Assembly (NCBI GenBank): GCA_951406725.2
Contig: OX597820.1
Location: 98,084,001-98,148,000, forward strand
Length of the DNA stretch: 64,000 nt
From: Octopus vulgaris
Taxonomy: Eukaryota
Reading direction: 5' to 3'
The notes beneath the pieces were generated by a model. It did no database searches and had not been told where the DNA came from. It saw only the letters and a program-made list of their open reading frames with translations. A program made the position numbers and the translations under genes. Shown one piece after another: positions 1 to 12,618 of the stretch (position 1 is the stretch's first letter; each line of letters begins with the position of its first letter).

Positions 1-225
1 GTTAGTTTATCTTGGTTCATATTTCAAAACTCAGCGCAGTCCTTCATTCTATTTATTCACTCCATGCACCTATTTGGAACTCAGAAGATATCGATGTTGT
101 TATTGTTGCACTTATTATTTAGCCAAGATCAAATATGCTAGATCAGAACTACAATCTAAAGGTAGTCATCAGATGATCACCCCATCCTTACAGTCATAAT
201 TTATTTAATAATTAAATAATATGGA

Positions 226-750
226 AGGCGGCAAGCTGTCAGATTCGGTAGCACGCCGGCCAAAGTTCTGAGCAACATTTTGTCTATCTTCACATTCTAA
301 GTTCAAATTCCAGCGAGGCTGACTTTGCCTATCACCCTTTCCTGGTCGATAAAATAAACACCAGTTGAGCACTGGGATCTATGTAATGGACTAAGCCTCT
401 CTCCATAAAATTGTTGGCCTTTGTTCCAAAATTTGAAACCAATTTAGTAATATATGGCGGTGGATTAAGAGATGTTTTAGAGTCTTCGATCAAATACATT
501 CTGGTATTTCTTCTGAAATTTTACGCTCAGAGTTCACATCCTTTGTAGGTGAACTTCACTTTTCATTGCTCCAGGTTCGATAAAATACAGTACCAGCCTA
601 CAGCGAGAGTCTTATAGTGTTGGACAAAATGACTTTCGGTATTTGTTCTCTTTCGGCTCTGGATTCGCGTCCCACCGAAGTTAACTTTGCTTTTCCTCAT
701 TCGCGGGTTAATAAAAAAAGAGTACCAGTCCAGGACGAGAACTGGAAGAT
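226..750 (+). mobile_element. Cluster of degenerate SINE family B copies (tRNA-derived head, GCCTTTCATCCTTTCGGGGTCGATAAA-type central domain)
   Basis: Three diverged matches to the family B sequence seen intact at 972-1373 (GAGTTCAAATTCC B box, GACTTTGCC...GTCGATAAA...AGTACCAG). Confidence 0.7.
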
Positions 751-971
751 TTGTTAGTGCTGCACTAAATGTCTTTCAGTATTTGTCTCGGAACTTTCCA
801 TTCTGTGGTTAGCTGCGACGACTTTGTGTACCGAGCTGTATCCGCTTCTGCCATTCACTTGGACAACATTGGTATTGAAGAGAAGGGCTGAAATTTGCAG
901 CATGAGTAAAAATAATTGCCGAAGCCGATGTTCAAGGGACACTGTAAACACTATGCTCCAAACAATATAAA

Positions 972-1373
972 AGGCGGCGAGCTGGCTGAAACGCTAGCAC
1001 GCCGGGCGAAATGCTTAGCGGTATTTAGTCTGCCGCTACGTTCTGAGTTCAAATTCCGCCGATGTCGACTTTGCCTTTCATCCTTTCGGGGTCGATTAAA
1101 TAAGTACCAGGTACGCACTGGGGTCGATATAATCGACTTAGTCCGTTTGTCTCTCTTTGTTTGTCCTTTCTGTGTTTAGCCACTTGTGGGTAGTAAAGAA
1201 ATAGGTATTTTGTCTGCCGCTACGTTCTGAGTTCAAATTTTGCCTTTCATCCTATCCGGGTCGATTAAATAAGTACCAGATACGTACTGGGGTCGATGCA
1301 ATCGACTTAATCCATTTGTCTGTCCTTGTTTGTCCCCTCTATGTTTAACCCCTTGTGGGCAATAAAGGAATAA
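972..1373 (+). mobile_element. SINE family B, tandem (one full plus one partial copy)
   Basis: AGGCGGCGAGCTGGC head, GAGTTCAAATTCC B box, central domain GCCTTTCATCCTTTCGGGGTCGATTAAATAAGTACCAG (resembles the Meta-SINE-type conserved domain, from memory); the body repeats from ~1205. Confidence 0.8.
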
Positions 1374-1849
1374 ATATTTTAGTTATATACTTTTTCTAAG
1401 CACGCACAAACGCACGTTGGAGAAAAAAGGATCAAGCATCTTCTCATATAGACACATAAGGTCGCTTTCCCGATTTTATTGCCGTATATAGTCCCACTGG
1501 ACGAGCCGGCGGTCCGTCTAAGGGTTACTCATTTTTGACAACTGAGTGGACTTGAGCAATGTAAGATGAAGCGTTTTGCACAAGAATACAACGCATAGCA
1601 TTGTCTAGTAATCGAAACCACAGTCAGACGATCATGATAAGGAATTATTTTGAGATTATATACACTTTACATTCTAAATGAGTTTTAGCTCAAAAATCAG
1701 TATAAAATACTTCGTAAATTAAGTATGATTTTTACTGCTGATTCACAGAGGAAAAAATTATAAACTGATGGTAATTAATTATGAAAAGGGATATTAATAC
1801 GATTACAGTATTCTATTACCTAATTTTTTCAAGAGTTATATGTATGTGA

Positions 1850-1886
<37 letters not shown>

Positions 1887-1887
1887 A

Positions 1888-1929
<42 letters not shown>

Positions 1930-2278
1930 TATATATTCATGTATGTATACACATACGCAGAGACATTTATTAATAGAATCTACATAACGTCTCTGTTTGT
2001 TTGATTCAACAACGTGCTGTGGAAACTCTTGTCAATAAATTATCTAATAGGTTGGACTTTAGATCAATGACCTCTGATAAACTCGATAACTGGTTCAGAA
2101 TCACGGGTGTGTATGTGTGTGTGTGTGTGTGTGCTTGTGTGTGTGTGTGTGTGTGTGGCTGTGTGAGTGTACAGACATATACATATTTGAAGAGATATAG
2201 ATACAGATATAGATTTGGATATAAAGTGTGTTTATCTGTATCTAACTTATATTTACATATATATATATTTGTGGGAGC

Positions 2279-2320
<42 letters not shown>

Positions 2321-3222
2321 CTGGCACTTCGTCACTTACGACGACGAGGGGTCTAGTTGATCCGATCAACGGAACAACCTCATCGTGAAATTAATGTCAC
2401 TCATTTCCTGGTAAAATTATATATATATATATATATGATGCTCATCCCGCTTGATCTATGAATGTTTGGGTACTGGTATAATATTCAAATATAGTTTACT
2501 TTTTGTATAAGAAAGCAGTCTGAATGAGTAGCTTAAATATGAAATTTTCCTTATCAAATGGTACACAAATATTTGTGCCCTCCATGGCATTTTACCCTCT
2601 CCTGGAGAGATGGGTACCTAACAGTATATATATTATTTTGTATATCGAGCATCTCTGGATCTCATTTGCTGACTATCTCTCTCTCCTAATTGACTAATCT
2701 AGAAACGTACGTTCTCAAATAACCTTTGCACTTGATTTTTTAATGTTTTTTCCCCCATACTTTTGTGAGTTGGTTTAGGCAAACACTATCTGAGAGAGAT
2801 CTTCTTTAAGTATTAGAAATAGCTAAAGAAATTTCTTTAGCTGCTATTTCTAATGAGTTCAGTATGTGGCAAAGTAATTTATTTTACTAAGCCCTTATAT
2901 ATAATGTAATATTTTGAATTCGCCTATAATGGTCCCTTTACATACTGAATACTTGGTGAAATTGATTAATAATTAATTAATTTTACCCTCAATTGTTGAA
3001 ATTATAATTCATCTCTCTCTGCTAAATGTTGCGGTTTTCACCGTTAATACATGGTGTTTGTCAATTTTAACCCACGCTGGTGGAAAGGGGAGAGCAGAAA
3101 TTCTTCGCTTGCATATTCGAATTTGATAGCACTTTTAGTTCGAGCAGAATTCTAGAGGTGATTAGAAGCCGAAAGGGTATGCTCCCGACTTTCAGTGTTC
3201 CCAAATCCGATTCAAGGAATTC

Positions 3223-3274
3223 TGAGCTGAAGAAAGAAATGTCGAATTGACTAATCTAGAAACGTACGTTCTCA
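3223..3274 (+). ncRNA. Type I hammerhead ribozyme candidate (unit 1/2 junction)
   Basis: UGAG-CUGAAGA-A-AGA..GUC-GAAUU-GAC..UCU-A-GAAA-CGUACG-UU-CUCA: stem I UGAG/CUCA, palindromic stem III, A.A at 10.1/11.1. Confidence 0.6.
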
Positions 3275-3779
3275 AATAACCTTTGCACTTGATTTTTTAA
3301 TGTTTTTTCCCCCATACTTTTGTGAGTTGGTTTAGGCAAACACTATCTGAGAGAGATCTTCTTTAAGTATTAGAAATAGCTGAAGAAATTTCTTTAGCTG
3401 CTATTTCTAATGAGTTCAGTATGTGGCAAAGTAATTTATTTTACTAAGCCCTTATATATAATGTAATATTTTGAATTCGCCTATAATGGTCCCTTTACAT
3501 ACTGAATACTTGGTGAAATTGATTAATAATTAATTAATTTTACCCTCAATTGTTGAAATTATAATTCATCTCTCTCTGCTAAATGTTGCGGTTTTCACCG
3601 TTAATACATGGTGTTTGTCAATTTTAACCCACGCTGGTGGAAAGGGGAGAGCAGAAATTCTTCGCTTGCATATTCGAATTTGATAGCACTTTTAGTTCGA
3701 GCAGAATTCTAGAGGTGATTAGAAGCCGAAAGGGTATGCTCCCGACTTTCAGTGTTCCCAAATCCGATTCAAGGAATTC

Positions 3780-3831
3780 TGAGCTGAAGAAAGAAATGTC
3801 GAATTGACTAATCTAGAAACGTACGTTCTCA
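3780..3831 (+). ncRNA. Type I hammerhead ribozyme candidate (identical second copy)
   Basis: Same sequence as 3223-3274, 557 bp downstream. Confidence 0.6.
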
Positions 3832-4017
3832 AATAACCTTTGCACTTGATTTTTTAATGTTTTTTCCCCCATACTTTTGTGAGTTGGTTTAGGCAAACAC
3901 TATCTGAGAGAGATCTTCTTTAAGTATTAGAAATAGCTGAAGAAATTTCTTTAGCTGCTATTTCTAATGAGTTCAGTATGTGGCAAAGTAATTTATTTTA
4001 CTAAGCCTCCTTATATA

Positions 4018-4068
<51 letters not shown>

Positions 4069-4071
4069 ACA

Positions 4072-4152
<81 letters not shown>

Positions 4153-4187
4153 ATACATACATACATACATACATACATACATACATA

Positions 4188-4347
4188 CAGGAGTGGCTGT
4201 GTGGTAAGAAGCTTGCTTCCCAACCACATGGTTCCGGATTCAGTCCCACTGCGTGGCATCTTGGCCGACTGTCTTCTACTACAGTTTCGGGCCGACCAAA
4301 GCCTTGAGAAGGGATTTGCTGGATGGAAACTGAAAGAAGCCCGTCGT
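4188..4347 (+). mobile_element. SINE family A, 5' half
   Basis: GGAGTGGCTGTGTGGTAAG A box and GGATTCAGTCCC B-box variant; matches the full copy at 14818. Confidence 0.8.
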
Positions 4348-4397
4348 ATATATATATATATATATATATATGATTTATATAATCAGAAAATGGGGAA

Positions 4398-5030
4398 AAC
4401 TTTTGATCAACAAATAAACAAATTGGAACACATCGGTAGATTATTTTTAATACAAAACATGACAACATTTCTTACAGCCGTTTCTGCTTCCAATATGCGT
4501 GCAATAAAATAAACGTAGGGAAGAGGGAATAGAAATGAATAGTGCCTCGAGAAGAGGCCGGGCAGCTCAATATATTAAAATTGATTTTAATATATTAAGC
4601 CTTTTGGCCTCTTCTCGAGACCCTATTCTTTCCTATTCCCTCTTCCCTTCGTATATTTTATTGTATGCATATGTATTCCCTCTGATGAAGTCCCATATTC
4701 TATATCGAATGTGCTATGAAGATGACGAATATTATTTTCGAAATTCTTTCGTAAGCACCGAGTAATATTGGAAGCGGAAACGGCCATAAGAAATATTATG
4801 TCATAGAAATGTTATGTCATGTTTTGTATTGAAAAATAATCTACCCGTTTACTTAATTTTGATTCCTGATAAACTTTTGATTATTCTTTTGTTACCTGTA
4901 CCCTATGAGCATAGTGTACCTGCATACTCATGCCCAGGGATAGCACAGGTAGTAAATAGTAAATATGGATACCTATAGTAAATACGGATACCTCTATCCC
5001 TTAGTCGGTTACTACAACCGCTAATTCTCC
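4398..5030. mobile_element. Penelope-like non-coding remnant forming a foldback, with a decayed hammerhead (CTGATGA at 4682, GAAACGGCCATA at 4777)
   Basis: 4398-4495 is the reverse complement of ~4766-4880, and 4493-4559 of 4607-4672. The same family recurs on the minus strand at ~19640-19930. Confidence 0.6.
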
Positions 5031-5047
5031 TTACAATTATGTGTGTT

Positions 5048-5142
<95 letters not shown>

Positions 5143-5169
5143 ATGTGTGTGTTTTTATTTCGTCAAATT

Positions 5170-5207
5170 TCTTTCCGTTGAAGAGCGTAGGTTCGAAACG
5201 TAAAAGA
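5170..5207 (+). ncRNA. Minimal hammerhead variant (family P2)
   Basis: UCUUU-CCGUUGA-A-GAGC-GUAG-GUUC-GAAA-CG-UA-AAAGA; 5-bp stem I, 4-bp stem II, ACGU palindromic stem III; core deviates from CUGANGA. Confidence 0.5.
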
Positions 5208-5365
5208 TGTTCTCACTTTCCCGAGCGTCAAACTAATACACCTACTTGTTGTTCATACACCTGTCTTCGTCTTTTGTTTTTCTGTAAATTTCAACTATAC
5301 ACGTGTGTGTGTGTGTGTGTGTGTGTGTATTTGTGTTTCTTTCTCTGTCTGAGCTTCTTCCTCAC

Positions 5366-5546
5366 CATCGCTTGAAAACCGGTGTTGGTGTGTTTACGTC
5401 CCCGTAACCAAAGTTTCAGCAAAAAGACCGATGTAATAAGTACTGGGCTTACAACGAATCAGTCCTGAGGTCGATTTGTTCGTCTAAAGGCGGTGCTCCA
5501 GCATGGCTGCAGTCAAATGACTGAAGCAAGGAAAAGAAAAAAAGAA

Positions 5547-5548
<2 letters not shown>
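5366..5548 (+). mobile_element. SINE family A, 3' half
   Basis: GGTGTGTTTACGTCCCCGTAAC...GGCGGTGCTCCAGCATGGCTGCAGTCAAATGACTGAA followed by an A-rich tail. Confidence 0.8.
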
Positions 5549-5590
<42 letters not shown>

Positions 5591-5592
5591 TA

Positions 5593-5793
5593 GTTAATCC
5601 AAACAAGAAAGCACAAAAAAACACAACAACGCGAGGATGTGGAACAAATATAGTATTATTGGATGCTCAGGAAAGAAGGAAAGAAGGAGGGTTTAACGTT
5701 TCGAGCGGAGCTCTTCGTCGGAAACATAGGAGAATGAAAGATCCAGAGAAGGGAAGACAGAGGAAAAAAAATTGCCAACGGTACACACGAGGT
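5593..5793 (-). mobile_element. ~200-bp non-autonomous repeat family P1 carrying a minimal hammerhead (5691-5725)
   Basis: Near-identical copies at 6502-6695 (+) and 12615-12822 (+), all beside (TA)n. Minus strand reads GUUU-CCGACGA-A-GAGC-UCC-GCUC-GAAA-CG-UU-AAAC. Confidence 0.75.
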
Positions 5794-6396
5794 CATATGT
5801 GTGTGTTTGTGTGTGCGTGTGTGTGTGTGTGTGCATGTATGTATGTATTGCCACAGGTTTTGTGTACCAAATATATTCACTTAGTATTGGCTACCCGGGA
5901 TTATATTTCAAATAGACGTCGGCGCGAGGTACACAATTATACCCGCAGCCGGGTGGATGAACCATAGAAATGAATAAAAGGACATGCGTGCGTGCATGCA
6001 GACACACACTTGTATATACAAACACAGTCACTCGCACAATCATACAAACACAAATCCGTTCGCTCATAAACTTCATGTTTGTTCTTTGATGAAAACGTAC
6101 CGAGGGTTTATCTGATAGCCGGTCGCCCGTCTGCTCTGATAACACTAATCTGTTTCCCAAGTAATGGATGTACTTTTTTGTCGAATACATTCATCTTCGA
6201 AAGTGCCAAGAAACCACAGATTGATTTGCTAATAGCAAACAACAACGTTATTATTACTCAAAGTCTTTTTTATGTGAAAACGTGATATGTAAGCATCCCC
6301 GCTCGTATGCACACGCGCGCACCCCTAACAATCCTATATATATATATATAGATATGTGTGTGTATGTGCACGTGTGTGTGTATGCATGTAAGTATA

Positions 6397-6464
<68 letters not shown>

Positions 6465-6501
6465 AACACACACACACACACTCATATATATATATAATCA
6501 T

Positions 6502-6689
6502 TCAAAATGTGACCGCGTGTGTACCATTGGCGATTTTCTTCCCTCTGTCTTCCCTTCTCTGGATCTTTCTTTCTCCTATGTTTCCGACGTTAAACCCTCC
6601 TTCTCCCCATCCTTCCTGAGCGTCCAATAATACTAAAGTTGTTCCATGTCCTCGCGTTGTGTTTTCCCTTTGTGTTTTCATGTTTGGAT

Positions 6690-6695
<6 letters not shown>
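6502..6695 (+). mobile_element. Family P1 copy with the hammerhead core deleted
   Basis: Aligns to 12615-12822; TTTCCGACGTTAAAC at ~6581 lacks the 19-nt AAGAGCTCCGCTCGAAACG. Confidence 0.75.
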
Positions 6696-6750
<55 letters not shown>

Positions 6751-7284
6751 GGTGGACTTCATTCTCTTAGTTTCACTTATAAATTCGTGGTCTGTAACAC
6801 GAAGTTACAGTAAAGACACTTGCGAACTTGCCATGCTCTAAGACAGAACCTGTGGTCCCGTGATAACAAAGTGAACCCTGTATCAAGACAGCCAACTTAA
6901 ATCTATACATACAAATCTACATGGACATATTTTGAGTGTGTGTGAGTGTGTGTGAATGTGGAGTGTTTCTTTGGGCTATTACAGACGTGCACACACTCAT
7001 ACACACATGTATACTCGTGTGTGAATGGGTATATTTTGTCTGTTTGAATGTGACCCAGTTGTTTGTTTACAGTTCAGCTAATTGTCGTCATAACAATCAA
7101 CGACGCCACCGCCGGCGTCACACTCATCTTCATCATTCTCATCATCGTCGACATAGAAAGCATCAAAACCGTCATCGTCATCGTCATCGACATGATCACG
7201 ATCATCATCGTTAACCTGCTCCTCTTCCTCTCCACCTTCTCCTCCTCATTATCATCATCATCAACATCATCATCATCATCATCA

Positions 7285-7315
<31 letters not shown>

Positions 7316-7341
7316 GGCGTGGTCACCAGTATCATCTTTAC

Positions 7342-7573
7342 CTATTTCTTTACTACCCACACGAGGCTAAACACAGAGGGGACAAACAAGGACAGACACG
7401 GATTAAGTCGATTACATCGACCCCAGTGCGTAACTGGTACTTTATTTATCGACCCCGAAAGGATGAAAGGCAAAGTCGACCTCGGCGGAACTTGAACTCA
7501 GAACGCATCGGCAGACGAAATACGGCTACGCATTTCGCCCGGCGTGCTAACGTTTCTGCCAGCTCACCGCCTT
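7342..7573 (-). mobile_element. SINE family B, full copy
   Basis: Reverse complement of the 972-1200 copy. Confidence 0.8.
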
Positions 7574-7707
7574 TACCGTCATCATCGACACAAAATCCCT
7601 TCATCGACATAATATCAGTTACTTCTGCAGGCGCGAAACTATCCTGGCAGGTACCTAAAAACCATGGCCTTTTTCATTGATGTTGTTGTTGTTGCTACTG
7701 TTGCTGT

Positions 7708-8192
7708 CTTCTTCCAATCAGGACTCACGCCATTAGCCACAAAGAATAATCTCTAATTCGAGCCAACTCTAAGCTACTAAGAGCGCGTGTGGCAAATTGA
7801 AGATCTACCCACCATAGTCGATAGACAGGCGGTTGCACGGGCTCGAAAGCTACGTTGTTATCCTCATTCCTTAAACGGTGGCTTTTAACGGGTAGAGGGC
7901 TGAACCATCTTGGGGTACAGAGGATTAGCAATCTAGACTAGGGTCTGAAAATTTACCACAACATAGTGGGTTACACCATGGTTCCTCTGCTTTGTGGCAG
8001 AAGTTGGAAGAAAGAGTGAGAGAAAGTTGTGGTGTAAGAGTACAGCGGGGTTCACCCCCTCCCCTGCTGGAGCCTCGTGGAGCTTTAGGTGTTTTTGCTC
8101 AATAAACACTCACAATGCCCGGTCTGGGAATCGAAACCGCATTCTTATGACTGCGAGTCCGCAGCTCTAACCACTGGGCCGTTGCACCTCCA
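7708..8192 (-). mobile_element. SINE with a family C head and a different 3' body, 13-bp TSD
   Basis: 8003-8192 matches the family C head (cf. 40410); flanked by CTACTGTTGCTGT at 7695-7707 and 8193-8205. Confidence 0.65.
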
Positions 8193-8334
8193 CTACTGTT
8201 GCTGTTGTAACTGCTACAGTTATAGTTGTAAATTATTAAATCATCACTAATTGAGCAGATTCACAAACAAATTTATAGTATCCATGACCATAATTTAGTT
8301 TTTGTTGGTGCAACCTTTGTCAAATCAGAGCATC

Positions 8335-8551
8335 TTTTACTTGTTTCAGTCGTTAGACTGCGGCTGTGCTGGGACAGCGCCTTGGAAGAATTTTAGTAGA
8401 ACGATTCGACCTCAATAGGTTTTTTTTAAAGACTGGTACTTATTCTATCGATCTCTTTCATTGAACCGGGGACGTAAAGACACAGAAACCGGTTGTCAAT
8501 CAGTGGTGGGGTATGGTGGGGTTCAACCACACAGACACAAAGACACATACA

Positions 8552-8614
<63 letters not shown>

Positions 8615-8777
8615 GACGGGCTTCTTTCAGTTTCCATCTACCAAATTCACTCACAGTGATTTGGTCGACCCGAAGCTATAGTAGAAGACAATGGCCCAAG
8701 GTGTCACGCAGAGGGACTGAACCCAGAACCATGTGATTGAGAAGCAATCTTCTTACCACACACACACTCCTGCGCCT
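8335..8777 (-). mobile_element. SINE family A, full copy
   Basis: Reverse complement of head, internal (TA)n and 3' hairpin tail. Confidence 0.8.
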
Positions 8778-8872
8778 GAACAGTGACACATGACATCACT
8801 GACCGTCCAATTACTGTTTAATTTTATTAGCTAGCGGCTAGTCTTCGCTTAGTATACAATGCCAATATGTAC

Positions 8873-8917
8873 TTGCTACTGATGAAGCTCAAAGAAGTAG
8901 AAACCATGACTTAGCAA
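8873..8917 (+). ncRNA. Decayed type I hammerhead
   Basis: UUGCUA-CUGAUGA-A-GCU-CAAAGA-AGU-A-GAAA-CCAUGA-CU-UAGCAA; perfect 6-bp stem I, but U16.1 is replaced by C. Confidence 0.45.
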
Positions 8918-9805
8918 TGCTACTGTCACTGCTGGACGTTTTTCGTCTGCTGCTGATAAATTTTTTTGTGTGTGTGTTTTGTGACTAATACAGTAGTTTC
9001 GAAGGTTTTCAACAAAATACATGATATATGCTTTATGTACATCATATAGATTTCTAATCTGAAGTAATATTATTTCCACTGAAAAGGATTTTTTGCTCAA
9101 TCGGCCGGCTAAATGCAACATGGGTGATATTTCAATGACTGTGGAACTAGATCAACAGTCGGCTAATTTTCGTTTAGCATGCGCTACCTGTAGATACATG
9201 TTAATGATGAGGCTCAATAAAGCAAAAATCCGGATTTAGCAATGCTTTTTTCATTAGTTATGAGTTTGACACACTCATAGCATAATTTCCTAGGAAGTTA
9301 TTAAAAATATTTTCATCAATACTGATGAACATATAAAATTGAGAAGTGTAGCACTACTATAAGACCGGCTCCTTATCTCTGCTTCATTATGAACTCAATA
9401 TCACAGAAAACAGAACCGTCTCTACTAACTTTTACAGAACAATGGCATGCAGGGGCTGTTTCTGCATTATAGTTCATCCTTGAATATCAAAGCTAAGATG
9501 GTCTACCTTAGAAACAAGATATGAGATTCACAGGGTATGCGGTAAAGGTAGCAAGACAAGAAACAAATTTTATTCCGAAAAGTACAGATGGTGAATGTCT
9601 TTCCAAACTCTTTAACCAAACGTGACAGCATTCCTGAAGAACCTAACAAAGCCCAAATATCCAAGGATAGCATGTGACTTTTGAAACTATCACATTTTAA
9701 CGAAAAAAAAAACTGATGCAATCCGCTGGGCGATGCGTAGGGAAGGATTGAATATACAATTAGCTCCCATCGGACGTCAATGTACATTGCTTAACTGCCC
9801 GATCA

Positions 9806-9879
<74 letters not shown>

Positions 9880-10319
9880 GTCATACGTGCTGTATAAAAT
9901 CATATGTAGTAAAAGTAATAAATTCTACATTGAAAGTACCATAAAATAGTTATACATAGAGGTTAAAGAATACCTTTATCCTAATGCTTCTTTCGTCTAA
10001 AAAAGAAAAAAAAGTACCTACGAAAGTGTCAAAACTTGTCATCCTGGTTTTCAATGACTATACAGAACGAAACATTGGGAACCTGAGAATAAAAGAAACC
10101 ATATCGATTTCGAACAACAAAACCGAACAGTTCGTAGCTAGTTAACTTCTATAGTCACGCTATCATGCGCCTGCAAATAAACACTACAGAACAGAGAAAC
10201 TAGCTCACAACCCTATTTATCAGAATATATATTTATATATAAGTGAGTTCGAAGGGATATATTATCAGGGGCGGGAACCGTATTAGCTCCCAGTTACGTT
10301 CCAGTCAAAGGCTAATAGA

Positions 10320-11253
10320 TAGCCACCCTTGCCAGCTATGCAAATGACTCAAAAGTCTCTTAGACAATACAAAATCCTGGAAATATTTCACGTCTGCAAC
10401 AAGAATTAGACACAATATATAGCTGGGCTGAGGACAACAACATGCAGTTTAATGCAGCAAGATTCAAAACCCTGCACTATCAGCACTCAAAGCTGAACGA
10501 CATGTAGACAGGATACACTGGCTCGGGAGGAATTGCAATCCCTGAATCAAAATTACTGCATGACCTGGGCATTGACATGAGAAATGATGCATATTTCTAA
10601 GGACATATTACCAATTTGGTAATAAAATGCAGATGGCCAGCTGTATGGATCCTCCGAACTTTCAAAACCAGAGAGAAAAGAAGACAATGATGGTCCTGTG
10701 TAGGGCATACGTCCTCAGCCGCTTGGACTACTGCTCCCAACTATGGCCACCACGCAATATAAAATTAACGGCGGAACTCGAAACAATCGAACGAAGCTAC
10801 ACAAAAAATCGACTTAATGCAACGTATCAACTACTGAGAAAGACTGAAAGAATTAAAACTCTTCTTCCTAGAACGAAGGCAGGAAAGATATACGGTGATA
10901 TACATTTGGAAAATCACGGAAGGCCTTGATACAAACTTTGGCAATGAAATTTATACAAACGGCAGAACGCGGCGCCACTGCATAGTGCCAAAGATCACAG
11001 CATCTCCATCAAAATACAAGACCAAATACTGCAACACCTTGGATTTCAAGGGCGCACAGCTCTTCATTATCCTTCCAAAATGCCCGAGAGAGACCTGCAT
11101 GGTGTGGATGTAGGTGTCTTCAATACGAAACTGGATCTTCTCTTGTCAAGGGTTCCAGATGAGCCTTCCTCACGCCAGGAAACACAAATGAAGGCAGCGG
11201 CATCAAACTCCCTCGTTCACCAAATGCAACATATCAGAGGAGTCTTCAAATAA
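10320..11253 (+). pseudogene. 5'-truncated, frameshifted copy of the CR1/L2-group LINE RT
   Basis: Translates to ATLASYANDSKVS*TIQNP, YVLSRLDYCSQLWPP, IYIWKITEG and DEPSSRQETQMKAAASNSLVHQ, homologous to the C-terminus of the 34630-36849 protein. Confidence 0.9.
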
Positions 11254-11254
11254 A

Positions 11255-11416
11255 CCTTTCTACAATAGGCACAAGGCCTGAAATTTGGGTGTGTAGCAGA
11301 CGATAAGATTGACTCCAGTATGTAAATGGTACTTAATTTATCGACCCCGGAAGGACGAAAGGCAAAGTCGACTTCAGCGGAATTTGAAATCGAAACGTAA
11401 AGTATTTCGCCCGGCA
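11255..11416 (-). mobile_element. SINE family B fragment
   Basis: GGTACTTAATTTATCGACCCCGGAAGGACGAAAGGCAAAGTCGAC matches the reverse complement of the central domain. Confidence 0.7.
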
Positions 11417-11423
11417 TGCAATA

Positions 11424-11459
<36 letters not shown>

Positions 11460-11463
11460 TATA

Positions 11464-11921
<458 letters not shown>

Positions 11922-11936
11922 CATGTATGTATTATG

Positions 11937-11972
<36 letters not shown>

Positions 11973-12576
11973 TGTATGTATGTATGTATGTATGTGTGTG
12001 AGTATGTATATGGTTTCAAATTATACAAAAACACCCAAAAGACAGACAAGTGTATTAATTTAACGCTCAGTAAAAATGGAAGAATTCTCTGGCGTTTCGA
12101 GCCTACGCTCTTTTACATAAAGAGATGAGGAGCGAAAGTACATGGAGAGAGGGAAAATATGGAAAAAAGAAAAGAACCAATTCTGTCTTAACGGTTGTAC
12201 ACACAAGTTATATGCATGTTTGTACCTGTACGTAGAACTTTACATGAAGAGAAGGAGAAAAAAACGTTTAGAATGTTTTGAGGCTTTTGCTTACAGACTG
12301 AATATACTTTCATTTTTATTTGAAACGGTTGTTTACAAACAACGTATTTCATTGATAATCTATTTATTTATCTTCCTACTCTTCTTTCTCCTATCTCTCT
12401 TTTGCCTAGAAGTGCAAATGCCCTCGCTTGATAAGCGCACGAGACGTACGCACGATACACAAGCGTACACACATACATTGGTGTGTATATGAACTGAGTA
12501 AGTTATGTTATTCACGTATATTCCTTTACATTATGTGTGTACAGGTGCGTATGCGCATATGCATGCACACACACAC

Positions 12577-12614
<38 letters not shown>

Positions 12615-12618
<4 letters not shown>

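Larger units (their letters stand above)
2688..4007 (+). repeat. Head-to-tail 557-bp tandem repeat (~2.4 units), hammerhead-bearing, retrozyme/Penelope pLTR-like
   Basis: AGAAACGTAC recurs at 2701, 3258 and 3815 (period 557). Units are near-identical; I noticed one difference (AGCTAAAG vs AGCTGAAG). Ends in (TA)n. Confidence 0.9.
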
